The notes beneath the pieces were generated by a model. The model made no database searches, was not told where the DNA came from, and saw only the letters and a program-made list of their open reading frames with translations. Positions 26,841 to 39,040 of a DNA stretch of 64,000 bases are shown here, in pieces (position 1 is the first letter of the stretch; each line of letters opens with the position of its first letter). Made by a program: the position numbers and the translations under genes. Location of the stretch: NCBI RefSeq assembly GCF_006345805.1, contig NW_021832127.1, positions 124,001-188,000 of the forward strand, in the 5' to 3' direction. This DNA is from Octopus sinensis (taxonomy: Eukaryota).

Positions 26841-26850
26841 CCATAGAAAC
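26841..26850. promoter_or_regulatory. RFX X-box-like motif (CCATAGAAAC) about 60 nt upstream of STK36
   Basis: aattccatagaaac is a 12/14 match to GTTNCCATRGNAAC; the same 10-mer lies upstream of LRRC56. Confidence 0.45.
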
Positions 26851-26944
26851 AAACAATCTAATTAGAAAATTAATAATTTAGATAGAATGTGATTTTATTT
26901 AAATTTTTTTTCTATGTTCTGCATGTGGACTCGAACCGCTAAAG

Positions 26945-28544
26945 CAGCGGTTCTCAACCTTTTTTAGACTGGGGACCACTTTTGCACTATAAAATTTTGT
27001 GGGGACCACCTTAAATAAAATAAACATTTTTTGGTATTAGCGCACAATTTTTGGCCTCGTCAGGGCCAGGTTTAAACATGTTCAAATATTTATTATAAAA
27101 ATAACATGAACATTATGAAAATAACAGAAAATTTAATAGTAATTTAGTGAGATTTCTGATCTTGTTTGTTCAGAATAATTTTACTTATACCAGGCTCTAT
27201 GTTCGACAAAGCTACTCGCATATCATCTTGTACCCGTAGTTTATTTCTATATTTTGTTTTTAGAAAAGTCAGACACGACATCGCCATTTCACAGTGATAA
27301 GTAGTGGGGAATGCAAGTATTGATTCCAATGCAGTTTTACTCAAAATGGGGAATTCTTTCGCCATCTGACACCTAACAATAAAAAGTAATTATTAATGAG
27401 AATACCAAAAATCTAATAATGAAGTACATTTGAAAATAATCTGAGCAGACTGATTACATTGAAGTTCAATCAAGCTCTGCTGAAAATTGAGTTCCTGATA
27501 TCAGTACATATAGATCCAACTTTATCCCATTGGATTTTATTCGTCTTCATAAAATTGTCAAAAATATTAAAGATGTCCTCTCCACGAGTGTGTCCATCCA
27601 TCTCCAAACAAAATAAAAACTCATCAATAATATTCTCATCATCAACAAAGCGAACATAGGACACAAGCTGACAGACGTTAGAAATGTCAGTTGACTCGTC
27701 CAATTGAATACTTATTCTGCATTTACTTTTATTGATTCTTTCAATTAATTGCTTCAGGATATCAGATGACAATTCTGAAATTCTACGGGAAATTGAATCG
27801 TTGGATAATGGTATGTCCTTAAGTTTGGTAACTGCATCCGGACCAAACAAAATTCGAGCCATTTCAAGAGCCGCTGGTTTGATTAACTTTTCACCAGAAT
27901 TATGTGCAGCTTTGTTTTTTGCGATAATCATTGAGACCTATTTGTTTTAGATATAAATTAAAATTACAGCATATGATGCTTCTAATCTCGGTTTATTTTG
28001 AGATTTATTAAACCACTCAAGCTTTGGCTGTGAATCAAACTTCGTTCTTTTGACTTTAAAATATTCATGTGAGGAAGAATTTTCTGGGTGTACAGACTCT
28101 TTGTGGCGCCTAAGTTGAGAAGGTTTCAGTGAATTGTTTCCCAAAATTTGATGGCAAATCATGCATTTTGCCTTTATTTCATTATTTGGGGCAATGAATT
28201 TAGTGAATCCAAATTGTACGTAAGAATCCGACCAAAGACGACGATTCTTGTTAACCATAACTAGAATGATAAACCACGCTAATCAAATCAGATTAATTTC
28301 AATGTTTTTGATTTATACTTAATTGTACAATTAGTTTTAAATTTAATATATTGTTATTTTTCGAAAATTCCTGGGGACCACTAAAAATTTTCTAGGGACC
28401 ACGATTGAGAACCGCTTGATTAATTTCAATGTTTTTGATTTATACTTAATTGTACAATTAGTTTTAACTTTAATATATTTTTATTTTTTGAAAATTCCTG
28501 GGGACCACTAAAAATTTTCTGGGGACCACGGTTGAGAACCGCTG
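26945..28544 (-). mobile_element. Internally deleted Buster-type hAT transposon with short introns
   Basis: TIRs cagcggttctcaacc...gttgagaaccgctg; TSD cgctaaag/cgctaaaa (7/8). Contains the Zn finger KCMICHQILGNNSLKPSQLRRH, SIQLDESTD and the C-terminal FPTTYHCE. Introns at 27938-27967 and 27373-27405. Confidence 0.9.
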
Positions 28545-28613
28545 CGCTAAAAAATGGTTTTTATTAAATTCCCTTGAACGTCCTTTGTTTGGCGTTCTAG
28601 TCGAAGTAATAGA

Positions 28614-29270
28614 TACCTGATCCTGCCAGTGGTCATATGCTTATCTTACAGATTAAGCCATGCAAGTGAGAGTTCATGCTTTCCAATAAGCTGCTCATCA
28701 AATCGGACATAACTTACTTGATAATTTCACACGACGGTGGATAACTGTTGTAAAGCTAGAGCTAATGCATACGTACGGCTTCTTGCAGCGCAATTATTAG
28801 AATTAGTTGACTCTAGATAAACTTGCTGATCACAAGCAGTAGATGTGCGCTTGTCAATTTTCGACGGTGAGATAGTGGCCTACCGTGGTTACAACGGGTA
28901 ACAGGAAATCAGGGTTCGATTCCGGAAAGGGAGTATGAGAAATGACTGCCAGATTTATGGATTGTAACAGGTGCATAAATTATCCACTTTTGTCATAAGA
29001 TCATACATAACGGATCCGGGCATTTACTAAGAGATCGTAATGAAATAACTGTAAAAGCTTTAATAGATGTTATTGGAGGGCAAGTCTGGTGCCAGCTGCC
29101 GCGGAAATTCCAGCATACTAAAGTCACTGCAGTTGGAAAGCTCGTAGTTAATATCGGTGTGCTAGTGCGTAATCGCGTGCTAGTAGGCTTTTGCTATAGT
29201 TGGACTATGCCTTGTAGCAGCTTGTTGATGAGTACAGAGAATTAGCTTTTGGATGATTAACATGCATAAG
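28614..29270 (+). pseudogene. 18S rRNA pseudogene (5' portion)
   Basis: tacctg----atcctgccagtggtcatatgc, gattaagccatgca, cagggttcgattccgga and gggcaagtctggtgccagctgccgcgg are all present, with substitutions or deletions in normally invariant positions. Confidence 0.88.
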
Positions 29271-29610
29271 GGTTCTGTCCGACCCGTCTTAAAACACAGA
29301 CTAAGGAGATTACCGTACTAGCAAGTATAGTAGAGTTATTCCATGCGGCTTAATAAAAGTAACTGGATTTAAAAGCGTTAAACCTACGATATACGCCACT
29401 AGTTGTAACTACGGTTTACTAGGAAGTGTTAGCTAATGCGTTAAGACCTAAAAGATGGCGAACCATACCTAATTAAGACGAAACCAGTGGAAACAATGAT
29501 CAATCGCAGTTATGATGTGCAAATTGATTGTCAATACGGGGTATAGGGGCGAAATAATAATAGAGCCATCTAGTAGCTGGTTCTCTCAGAAATTTCTCTC
29601 AGGATAGCTG
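29271..29610 (+). pseudogene. 28S rRNA pseudogene fragment fused directly to the 18S piece
   Basis: cgacccgtcttaaaacacagactaaggag and gggtataggggcgaaa...ccatctagtagctggttc...caggatagctgg. Confidence 0.88.
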
Positions 29611-29819
29611 GTGTTAGTAAAAAAGTCTAGTTGCTATATTGTTTATCTAACGTTATTATAGGGAAATTAATCTAGCACTATTTGGATAATCCAGTCCAAA
29701 CCAAGTGCAAAGAAGTGAAAGTCGAAAATAAACCAAGTTCAAACCAAATTTGCAAAAAAATCTCTGAATAGTAGTATAGAAAAAAATGATGCGACAGTTA
29801 ATACGGGCTATATCTAGAT

Positions 29820-30077
29820 TGTTTAACATTTGTTGTTCATTTTAACTAAAATGCAGAAAATATTTTGTTAATTTTTTTGGCGGAAAGATTTTAAGGTCTT
29901 TATCATCGAGGATATCCTTGATATGTTTTATTTTTAGGTTCATGGTTCTTGGAGGACCTCATCATTTTGGACTTGTTCCCCATTATTGGCTAATTATAAG
30001 GAGAAAGGATTTTCACAATTTATCTGTATTTTGTAAAATTTAAGTTGGTGCGCGCACACACACCATACTATTTTATT
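29820..30077 (-). mobile_element. 5'-region fragment of the Helitron family at 37928-39710
   Basis: Shares gttcattttaacYaaaatgcagaaaat and aagttgg...cacacacaccatac.ttttatt with 39041-39710 and 61960-62234. Confidence 0.7.
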
Positions 30078-30199
30078 CTGACGAGTTCTTTTAATAATTA
30101 AGTTTTCTTTTCAAATGAAAGATAACTTAAGCTACCCAAGTTAAACGTTGCGAAAACACACTACATCCTCGTGAAAAACGTCCGCCAAAAGTATCTAGG

Positions 30200-32620
30200 A
30201 CTAATACCTTATGTTACGATATTACCCTATATATTCGAGGCAGACTGTCTCCACAGCAACAATTCTGTCAGTATGCACTAGAACTTTGGGGATCTGATCA
30301 ATGCGACGTCGAAACTTCCTGCAGGTTTCTTTTGGAGTTGCTTTCTTTTGGAAATTTGGGGTATTTTGGATGGAGCATTTTTGATTGGCGTAGCTAAGCA
30401 CGTTCCTTTTCATTTTGAGCTGTATGACAGAGTGATTTTTCAATAACACTTATTCTTTATTTCAAGTAGAGTTCTGTCCTAGGGATCCTAGCATCTTTTA
30501 AGCTTTGACATAAATATTATTTTTTAAAGACAATGTATTTTCATAGACCCCGGAACTATTTAGGATTTTCTGTTTTGAGTAGATTGTTTCAGAGTAATTC
30601 TCCACGAAGCTGCTCAACAGGCTTTTAACGTACTCATCTGTTCTTTCTATTGCATCTTCATTCTTCTAGACCAGCGGTTCTCAACCGCGGCCCGCCACAA
30701 TTTTGGTGCGGCCCGATTAAAATTATAAAAATAAATTAAATATTTTTTGTTTTTATATTAAATGTTTAAATAATATTGTTTGTGATGTCTGATAAACGTG
30801 TTAAACGAAGTAGAAAAATTATTCATGAAAATCGTGCATTTAACCCCGAATGGGAGGGAAAATTTTTCGTTTTTGAAGAAAATGGTAACGCACATTGCCT
30901 AATTTGTCATTCTGTCATACGATGTCTTAAGACATATAATGTCGAGAGGCATTATTCGAAACATTCTACGCACCTTTCAATTTTGAATACTTCTCTGCAG
31001 GGTAAGGGCAAACTATGTCATGAATTGTACGGAATGGTTTCTGCATTTATCGAAAAACTACACCTTTGGATATACAAATTGAAAGTAGAGTTACCATTCA
31101 TTTCCCAATACTTTCAAATCACAGGGAAGATGGATCCTATGAAAAATATATCTGCGTTATTAGTGACTTAATCGATGAATTCGAAACACGTTTTAATGAT
31201 TTTAAAGAAGCTCTACCTATTATGAAAATATTTTCGTCACCTATGGAAACAGATGCTGCAACCGCTCCATACATATATCAACTGGAACTAATTGAAATGC
31301 AGGCAGATTTACAACTTACCGCGCTATTTAAGTCAAGTGAACTATTGGATTTTTGGGGTCGAATTCCACAGTGGAAATATCCGAACTTGGTCGATAATGC
31401 TCAAAAAAATGCATCAGTCTTCGGATCAACGTATACATGTGAAGCTCTTTTCAGCAAACTTACGCAAATAAAAACAAAGTATCGAAATTGATTGACTGAT
31501 GGAGACCTAAATCAACTTTTACGCACATCGTGTTCGACTTTTACTCCCTGTTTCGACAAAATAATAGACGCCAAACAGAATCAAGTCTCGCATTGATTTT
31601 TATTACTTAATAAAGCCTTCTTTTCACTAATAACATAAAATATTTTTTGTGCGGCCCGCAAAGATATTCTTAATTATCGATTTGGCCCATGAGCTAAAAA
31701 GGTTGAGAACCCCTGTTCTAGACTGTCAAACAGGAGTTCCCAAGTTCAGAAGAAATGAATAGTTTATAGAAGGCCCAGTCCGTTTTTGCAATTCTATAGT
31801 GCAAAAAGATATCGTTATCATGATCATTCCCGATGTCTTCGATTTTCCTCAGGGATTCACATAAGAGCTTCAATGAAAGTGAAGTTAGGAACAGTCCTAA
31901 GAAATCATCTCTATAGCATGAAAAATGATTTGGCTATTCCAATGTCCAAACATCAAAACCAACTTGATCGGATATAGCCCGCAGGATTTTTCCATCTCGG
32001 TTTTCTTTTCGACAGCCAAAAGATAGGCATTTAGAATTTAGATCTCCAGCAATTCGTGCAAACTTGCCGCGTTTGAAGAAATCAGCAATCGAGTTTTTGT
32101 TTTCAGCTAATTTCTTAGAGTACATTCGCTCAATCAGAATCCACTCTTGTCCACATAATAGCTTGAAAGGCACAAATTCACAAGTGATTTCGTTTTCTAT
32201 TCTCAAGTTTTTTAATCTTCAACCTATTGATATAGAAGATGGCCGTGCTCTTGCCAGCAACTGCACCATCCCTCCACGGGACACCATGTGGATTGGCTTC
32301 TGTAGTTTTATCATTTTTCACTGATGAGCAGCCTCGATATGTAGTCCAGTGTTCTGATGATCCACAATTGATGCAGAGTTAGTAAATTATTATTAATTGC
32401 ACACTCGCCACAACAAGAAGGAAAGTTACAAACTTCTCGTCGTTTGTGCCACACCCCGTAGGATCTTGTCTGTTAGACACCTCCACGCTCTTCTTGAGAT
32501 CTGTTTTGACATTTTTTTTCTTTGGGAAAGATTCCAACCTCTTGAAGGAAGGCAACTGACTCCATATCAGTACGGGGAAATTCATAGTCCTTCAGTTTTG
32601 CAAATTTTCGCATGACAACT
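30200..32620 (-). mobile_element. I/Jockey-group LINE remnant (gag-like CCHC ORF1 and APE), interrupted by a hAT
   Basis: CINCGSSEHWTTYRGC knuckle near 32340-32390; IAGDLNSKCLSFGCRKENRDGK APE motif near 32000-32060. Confidence 0.6.
30672..31715 (+). mobile_element. Internally deleted Charlie/SPIN-type hAT transposon (GTF2IRD2-like)
   Basis: TIRs cagcggttctcaacc / ggttgagaacccctg; perfect 8-bp TSD ttctagac (nTCTAGAn-type target). Contains HCLICHSVIRCLKTYNVERHY and SVFGSTYTCEALFS. Confidence 0.92.
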
Positions 32621-32749
32621 GTATCATTCATCTCCACAAGCCGGTAAAAAATTCAAATTTTTTTTTAAAAAATTTGAATAAAATTTACAAATTCGGCATA
32701 GTTTAATTTTTTAAATTTTCGATCTAATATTCATAAAAATTTTCATTAA

Positions 32750-33000
32750 TTCATTTAGAGGCTATTTTCGTGCAGGATGAAGCAACAGTACCATCATTTC
32801 TTCTAGTGGGTGTTCTGGTGTGAGAAGCCGGTTCGTTGAGGATGCACAGACTGTGGAGGTCCTCAATAAAAATCTCGTCCCTCTTGTCTCGAACCTGACT
32901 CTTCGACATAACGGGTGCTTTACGTTGAAGTCTCCACAGATAATCACATCTTTTAATGTGGAAAGTGGGAAGAATCTGTGAGTACAAGTGGGACATGAGG
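32750..33000 (-). mobile_element. LINE AP-endonuclease fragment
   Basis: IICGDFNVKHPL...IEDLHSLCILNEP. Confidence 0.55.
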
Positions 33001-33049
33001 AGGATATAAGTTGACTAATGTTATCGAACGTCTCGGGAAACGAATTTTT

Positions 33050-33784
33050 ATTGTCAAAGGTTCAAAGTTTTCGCAATCCTGGAGCAAAGTGTATACATTG
33101 TCAGTAACACCCGAATGATAGTCAGGATGCCTTTACCAACTTTCTCATGTCTGTCTCGACGAACAACTGAATATTCAGGAAATATACTTTTCGCATAGTT
33201 CTTCCATCATGGAATTCATTTCTGTTATCAGTATCCAGGATGATAGGTAGTCCGACAAGATTAATAATCCATTGTAAATTAGAAGCAACCTCAACGGCAG
33301 ATTTCGTTTTAATAACCTCAACCGTGGCATATTTTAAAAAAGAGTCTATCACATGTAATACCTAGCTGCTTATTAATATTATGAGTCATTCAATGTCGTG
33401 AATCGACAAGTCTGGGAAATATCGGTCACATAGTCTGCTCGCAATAATGGGTTTGATCTCTGGTTTGGTGTTCATTAATCGTTTTAGCTAATTTTAAATA
33501 AAGAAACGTACTTGACAAAAAGTGCATCTACTGAGAAACAATACTTTTCGATAAACCTCTATGCATTTAATTTTTATCTCATGGTCCTCCACATAAAAGA
33601 AAAGTTTGAGAACATTATCAACGAGAATATAAGGAATTTCCTCCATAAAGACAATTAATCTAGCTATTCTGTTAAGCCGCATTCGTTGAGACTTGTTATT
33701 GAAGACACTCAAATCCTCCACTTTGGACTTGAATTCTCTGATAATTTTCAATTCTTCCCAAGAAAGTGTCACCTGACGCATCAA
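33050..33784 (-). mobile_element. Ginger-like (gypsy-type rve) integrase remnant
   Basis: VIDSFLKYA...KTKSAVEVASNL...GLPIILDTDNRNEF, with no RT or RNase H upstream. Confidence 0.65.
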
Positions 33785-33951
33785 ATCACTCTGTTTTAAA
33801 TTTTTATATTTTACTTATTTTTTATAATATTTGATAAATGTTGTGGTATAATTTTTTTTCAATTTATCTGTTATTTTTCATATCTTTTTTGTTACTATTT
33901 CTTTCGTCGGTATTTCTGTTATCTTTCTTAATACTTCTTTCCTATTTTTAC

Positions 33952-36833
33952 ATGTCATCCCTTTTCCACGATCCATTACCATGTGGTAAATGCAGTAAAA
34001 TTAACTGCCGCAAAAACGGCATTTACTGCGCCAAATGCCATGCTTACTTCCATATTGGATGTCTCAAGATTTCGAAGAAATCTGCTTCCAGCATCCCAAT
34101 ATGGCACTGTAACTCTTGCCTGGCAGCTGCCTCATTCCACGACACACCCACATTGTTTGAGAGTTCCCATGATCAATCTCCCAATATACTAACTTCATCG
34201 AACGCAATACTATCCTATCTATCAAGATATCGTCATTCGAGAAGCATCCCTATCCGTTTACCGAAACCAGCTCGTCCAGCAGCTGCGGAGGCCTTGTCTC
34301 ATCTGATATCCAGAGCTATGTCCTCAAACAGGGACGAGGATTGGGCAAAAGCGTTCTGCTTCCCCTTTTTCGGACTTGGCCTGACCCGTGGAGATAAATT
34401 TCCCGGGAATTTTACTTCCAAACTTAAAAGATCTATTTCTTCTTACCTCCCCTTTTCCATCGACACATTAATATCTCAGGAAAGCCACTCACTGTCAAAA
34501 CCAAGACTAAACCACAACGAAAACCTACGGAAGAGAGTACGTTCCAAGTTAATGTCGGGAGACTTCTCGGCCGCCTTGAGAATAATTTCCTCAGACGATA
34601 AAGTTGCGAGGGTTGACGAACAAACAATACAGTCCCTCCTAGCAAAACATCCCACTCCATCTTCTCTTACAACAGTACCAACACCAAGCCCGGATCATGA
34701 TTTTGTGCATGTCGATAAAGACGAAGTGTTGAGAGCCCTGAAGTCTTTTCGCCCTAGTAGCAGCGGTGGAATCGATGGCCTCCGTCTAAGTCATATCATG
34801 GATCTGGTCTCCTCTTCAGCTTCCGCAGCCGGAGAACGTCTTTTGACGGATATTTGTGGTCTAATGAACGCATTCCTCGAAGGGTCTCTGTCTGATTTCC
34901 CACGCTCCTTTTTCTCTCGGGTAACCTGACCGCGCTGAATAAAAAGGACGGTGGAATCCGTCCCATATCCGTCGGTAATGTTTTCAGGAGACTGGCGGCT
35001 AAGATCGCTTGCGCCAGGTCTTCACATCTGTTTCCGAAAATTTTCCATAACATACAGATGGGTGTCGGTGTTAAAGGTGGCTGCGAAGCCACTGTCCACG
35101 CCGTGAGGGATTTTACAGAGTTTTCACACTCTGCTTATAACGACTGTATTCTTGCTAAATTGGACATGAAAAATGCCTTTAATTGCATCGACCGCTCATG
35201 CTTCCTTAAAGAATGCAGCAAACATAACATTCCATTACTCCCGATGGCCAGCATGTGCTACGGTTCCACACCTGAACTAATGATAGACGGACACACGATC
35301 TTATCCTCCTCTGGGGTGCAACAAGGTGACCCCCTTGGTCCATTACTCTTCTCCATGGGCGTTAACCCAACAGCACACGCCGTAAAATCACCGCTCAACG
35401 TTTGGTATCTGGATGACATTACCATTGGTGGTCCTGCTCACCAAGTCATCTTGGATATCAAATCATTCGCTGTAAGTCTGAACAAAATTGGATTACAGTT
35501 GAACCCTTCAAAATGTGAGATCATAAACCTCAACGCCAACGAGGAAGATTTCGCGACTATAGTGGAAAAATATCACTCAGTCTTACCGGGTGGCATTATA
35601 ACCAGGAAAGGGTCGCTTGAAGTCTTAGGATCTCCCATTTTCCCGGAAGGAATCGAGAAAATACTGTCCGGAAAATTATCCACTTTTGAGTTTATGTCAA
35701 GCAGGCTATCCATCCTGGACGCTCACGAAGGGTTTTTCTTGTTGAAAAACTTCATATCACTTCCCAAGCTACAACACGTTCTCCGCTCTGCCCCCTGCTT
35801 TATAAACCCTGAACTTCTCAAAGAACTGGAAACAGGGCTGAAACACAGTGCCGAAAATCTCTGCAACATTCGTTTTGACGAAGCCTCGTGGACCCAAGCC
35901 ACGCTTCCAATACGATTCGGAGGCATTGGTCTCCGCTCCCCAGCAGATATTGCATTACCCGCTTTCCTCTCTTCTCGATTGTCGTGTGACTCACTGGTGG
36001 TTGCTGTTCTCCCCCTTTCCACTGAACGTAACGCATCCTCCTGGTATCAGATGGCAATCGAAATTTGGTCGAACAAAGGCCTCAAGACACCTGCTAACTC
36101 ATTCTCACATAGATGTTGGGACGACCTGTATTCTATGTCAATTTACCACCACTTGGAAGAGGTCTCTGATCAATCTCGACTTGCATGCCTTAGAAGCGCT
36201 TCACAAAAACAATCCGTAGCGTGGCTCAATCCATGTCCTATCCCTTCAGTCGGAAACAAACTGGACGACGAGACATTGCGAATTGCAATCTCCTTACGCC
36301 TTTGCATGAAGATCTGTCGCCAGCACCGCTGTAGTTGCGGGGCTTCCGTTGACGAATTCGGACGGCACGCTCTCTCATGCAGACGCAGTGCAGGCCGGTT
36401 TCCAAGACATCATGCAATGAACCTAATTGTCAAGAACGCTTTGGATGCAGCTGGTTTCCCGGCACAGCTGGAGCCTCCTGGTCTCATCCGCACAGACGGA
36501 AAAAGGCCGGATGGGATAACAATTTTCCCGTACACCAACGGGAAGTGTCTTGTTTGGGACTGCGCCTGCACCGACACCTTCTCAGAGACAAATCTGATCG
36601 CCTCAGCCTCCTCTCCAGGATATGCTTCACAGAACTACGAAAAAATTAAAAAATTAAAATATTCAGAGCTCAAAGACAGGTTCATAGTGCAACCGATTAT
36701 TGTGGAGTCATCTGGAGTCTTCGGTCCGGAATCAATCTCTTTCATTAGGAAACTTGGATCCCTGATCTCGGTTCAGACGAAAGATAGAAGGGAGACCGAA
36801 TGGCTGTTTCAACGCCTTTCAACAAACCGCTGA
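33952..36833 (+). mobile_element. Near-complete CRE-like non-LTR retrotransposon: PHD finger - RT - CCHC - RLE
   Basis: C4HC3 PHD at the N-terminus, SSGGIDGL, GGIRPISVGNVFRRLAAK, LDMKNAFN, GVQQGDPLGP, WYLDD, CRRSAGRFPRHH and KRPDG...WDCAC. One frameshift near 34920; cut off after WLFQRLS. Confidence 0.9.
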
Positions 36834-36834
36834 C

Positions 36835-37225
36835 TCCCGAGGAAAGTCTATTCTCGAGCAATTGGACAACCTTGTAATCCTGAACAACCCCTTACTGCAC
36901 ACAAGAACTCCATACAACACCAAGGACAAGCCTACCTCCCCCGATCTGACCCTCTGTTCTTCCAACCTCGCACCTCTGGTCAAATGGGGCGTTACCTACG
37001 ATCTACGGAGAGATCACAATCCGTTAATTATAAAAGTCCAAGTCAAATCGCCCATTAGAAAGGAGTCCCGCAACCTGAAATACGACTACAAGCACGCAGA
37101 TTGGGTCAATTTTGCCTATTCCATTTACAAAGCACTGGTTAACTTTGATGTACATGATTTCGACTCGATCAACAACGCCCTCAAGCACTTCTACCGAACA
37201 ATTTTGATTGGAAGAAAATCATTCT
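36835..37225 (+). mobile_element. LINE AP-endonuclease fragment (I-group type)
   Basis: LVILNNP...TSPDLTLCSSNL...DHNPLII...YDYKHADW. Confidence 0.7.
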
Positions 37226-39040
37226 TACTCGCGGGCCGGATTGACCCCAACACAATGAACGCGGGCCGGAGCACGTGCATAGGATTATAATTTTACTAGA
37301 AATTCATAAGTGTGTTTTTTACAATAAAAACTAATTTAAATAAAAATAAAGTAAACAAAAATTTTAATGAGAGCTATGGAACTGTGATCTTTTTTTGATA
37401 AGTTCATCAATATTTGGTTTTAAATTGCTGCATCCTATCATGAGAATTGATTTTAAGTGTCCGTCAGTCAATCTTGCACGATGGGCAGACTTAACATATT
37501 TCATCCTCGAAAACGTTTGCTCACATTGGTAAGTTGTGCCAAATATAGAAATCATCTTTATCGCAAAATTCTTTAGTCTCGGAAACTCATCATCCTTGAG
37601 ATATTCGTAGAACTCAGCGAGTTTGGTCCGTCTGTGACAATCTTTGAGCTGTTCATTTGATTGTAAGTCAATAACTTCTAATTGTAATTCATGTTGAACA
37701 TTTTCAACATTACAAGAAAATGGATTTTCGAACAAAATTATATCGCTTTCAATTTTGTCAAGTTCAGAAAACTTATGTAAAAAATGATGTTTTAATTCTT
37801 TGATAATTCCAATTTGGAAAGTAATGTCGATCTCATTACAGTTTGCCTCACAAAAACTTTTAAAACAAGAAAAGTGTGAAAACTGACGTCCTTCATAACA
37901 GAGAGATGTTCGTGGCATATTAAACAACTAGCTCGGCAGCTCGCTTCGCTCACCGCGACCTAGCTCCTGCGGAGGGCCTGTTTCATCAAACAACTATAAG
38001 TTTATGTAGATGTATAAAACTACCTGGTTTAATGTAACCCTATTCTATCGCCTGTTGATAAACGATGTTTGTCGTCCGTCCTTCCTTGGCATATATGAAT
38101 AAATTTTCTCTTCTGCCTACCCTCGAGCATCCACATACAGCTGTCCATGTGAAAAGCACTCACTCTCTAAAAATAACCCAACTACCTTAATGACTGTCCC
38201 TGGGCCTTGTTTATTGTCATTGCAAACTTTTTTTTCATTTTTTGTGGTTTATTTTTTTTTATATTTAATTTTTTCATTTTTCCTTTGTAATTCCTTTTTT
38301 TTCTTTTTTATTTTTTACTGGCGGAAATGGGGCAGGGGGAGATACGGCAGGCGGAAATGCGGCAGGCAAGAAAGCGACACACAAAAAAAATTTAATTAAT
38401 TACCTTATTAAGCTGACCGTTTTTTCTTCAGCTTCGTTTTTCCTCCTTCGGTTATCTATTTAAAAAATTATTTTTGAATAATAAAAAGTTTAGGAAAGAG
38501 GCATACCGAAAATAAATTCTATCTTTACGAAAAACTCAAGTAAATAGTTAATATTTTTACGCAAATTCTTCTGATTGCGCTGTCATTGGTGGTAAATTGT
38601 GTTAATGGTTGTGCTAATGTGGTTTCAACTATCAAAGTGTTTTTCAAAATCTGTTAATTGCACACTCTATTCAAGGTCGTGCGTCAATTGGTGGTAAATT
38701 GTGTTAATGATTGTGCTAATGTGGTTTCAACTATCAAAGTGGTTTTTCAAAATCTGTTAATTGCACACTCTATTCAAAGTCGTGCAATCTGTGATTGCAC
38801 ATTCTGTCAAAGTCAAATATGATAATAGCTTTAATTTTGATTCATGGTCGATAATGATATATGCATTTAATTTTAAAGAGAAAAACATAGGATGAATTCA
38901 ATTTCTTTATCGCGAATAATTGGGAGTTCATCATTGTTAATATTCTCGCTGTCGTTTTCATCAAGGATATTCTTAATACGTGAGATTTTTGCCTTGAAGG
39001 TTTTAATGGACCTCATCATGAATGTCGAGGACATTCGCGG

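Noticed and set aside
26925-26944. tRNA suggested by a GGTTCGAGTCC B-box on the minus strand
   Set aside because: There is no A-box, acceptor stem or cloverleaf, even after removing the hAT insertion.
28614-29610. Functional rRNA gene
   Set aside because: Invariant positions are mutated, large internal deletions are present, and it is not in a tandem rDNA context.
38190-38399. Phe-rich, membrane-like ORF
   Set aside because: It is a poly-T low-complexity tract inside the Helitron.
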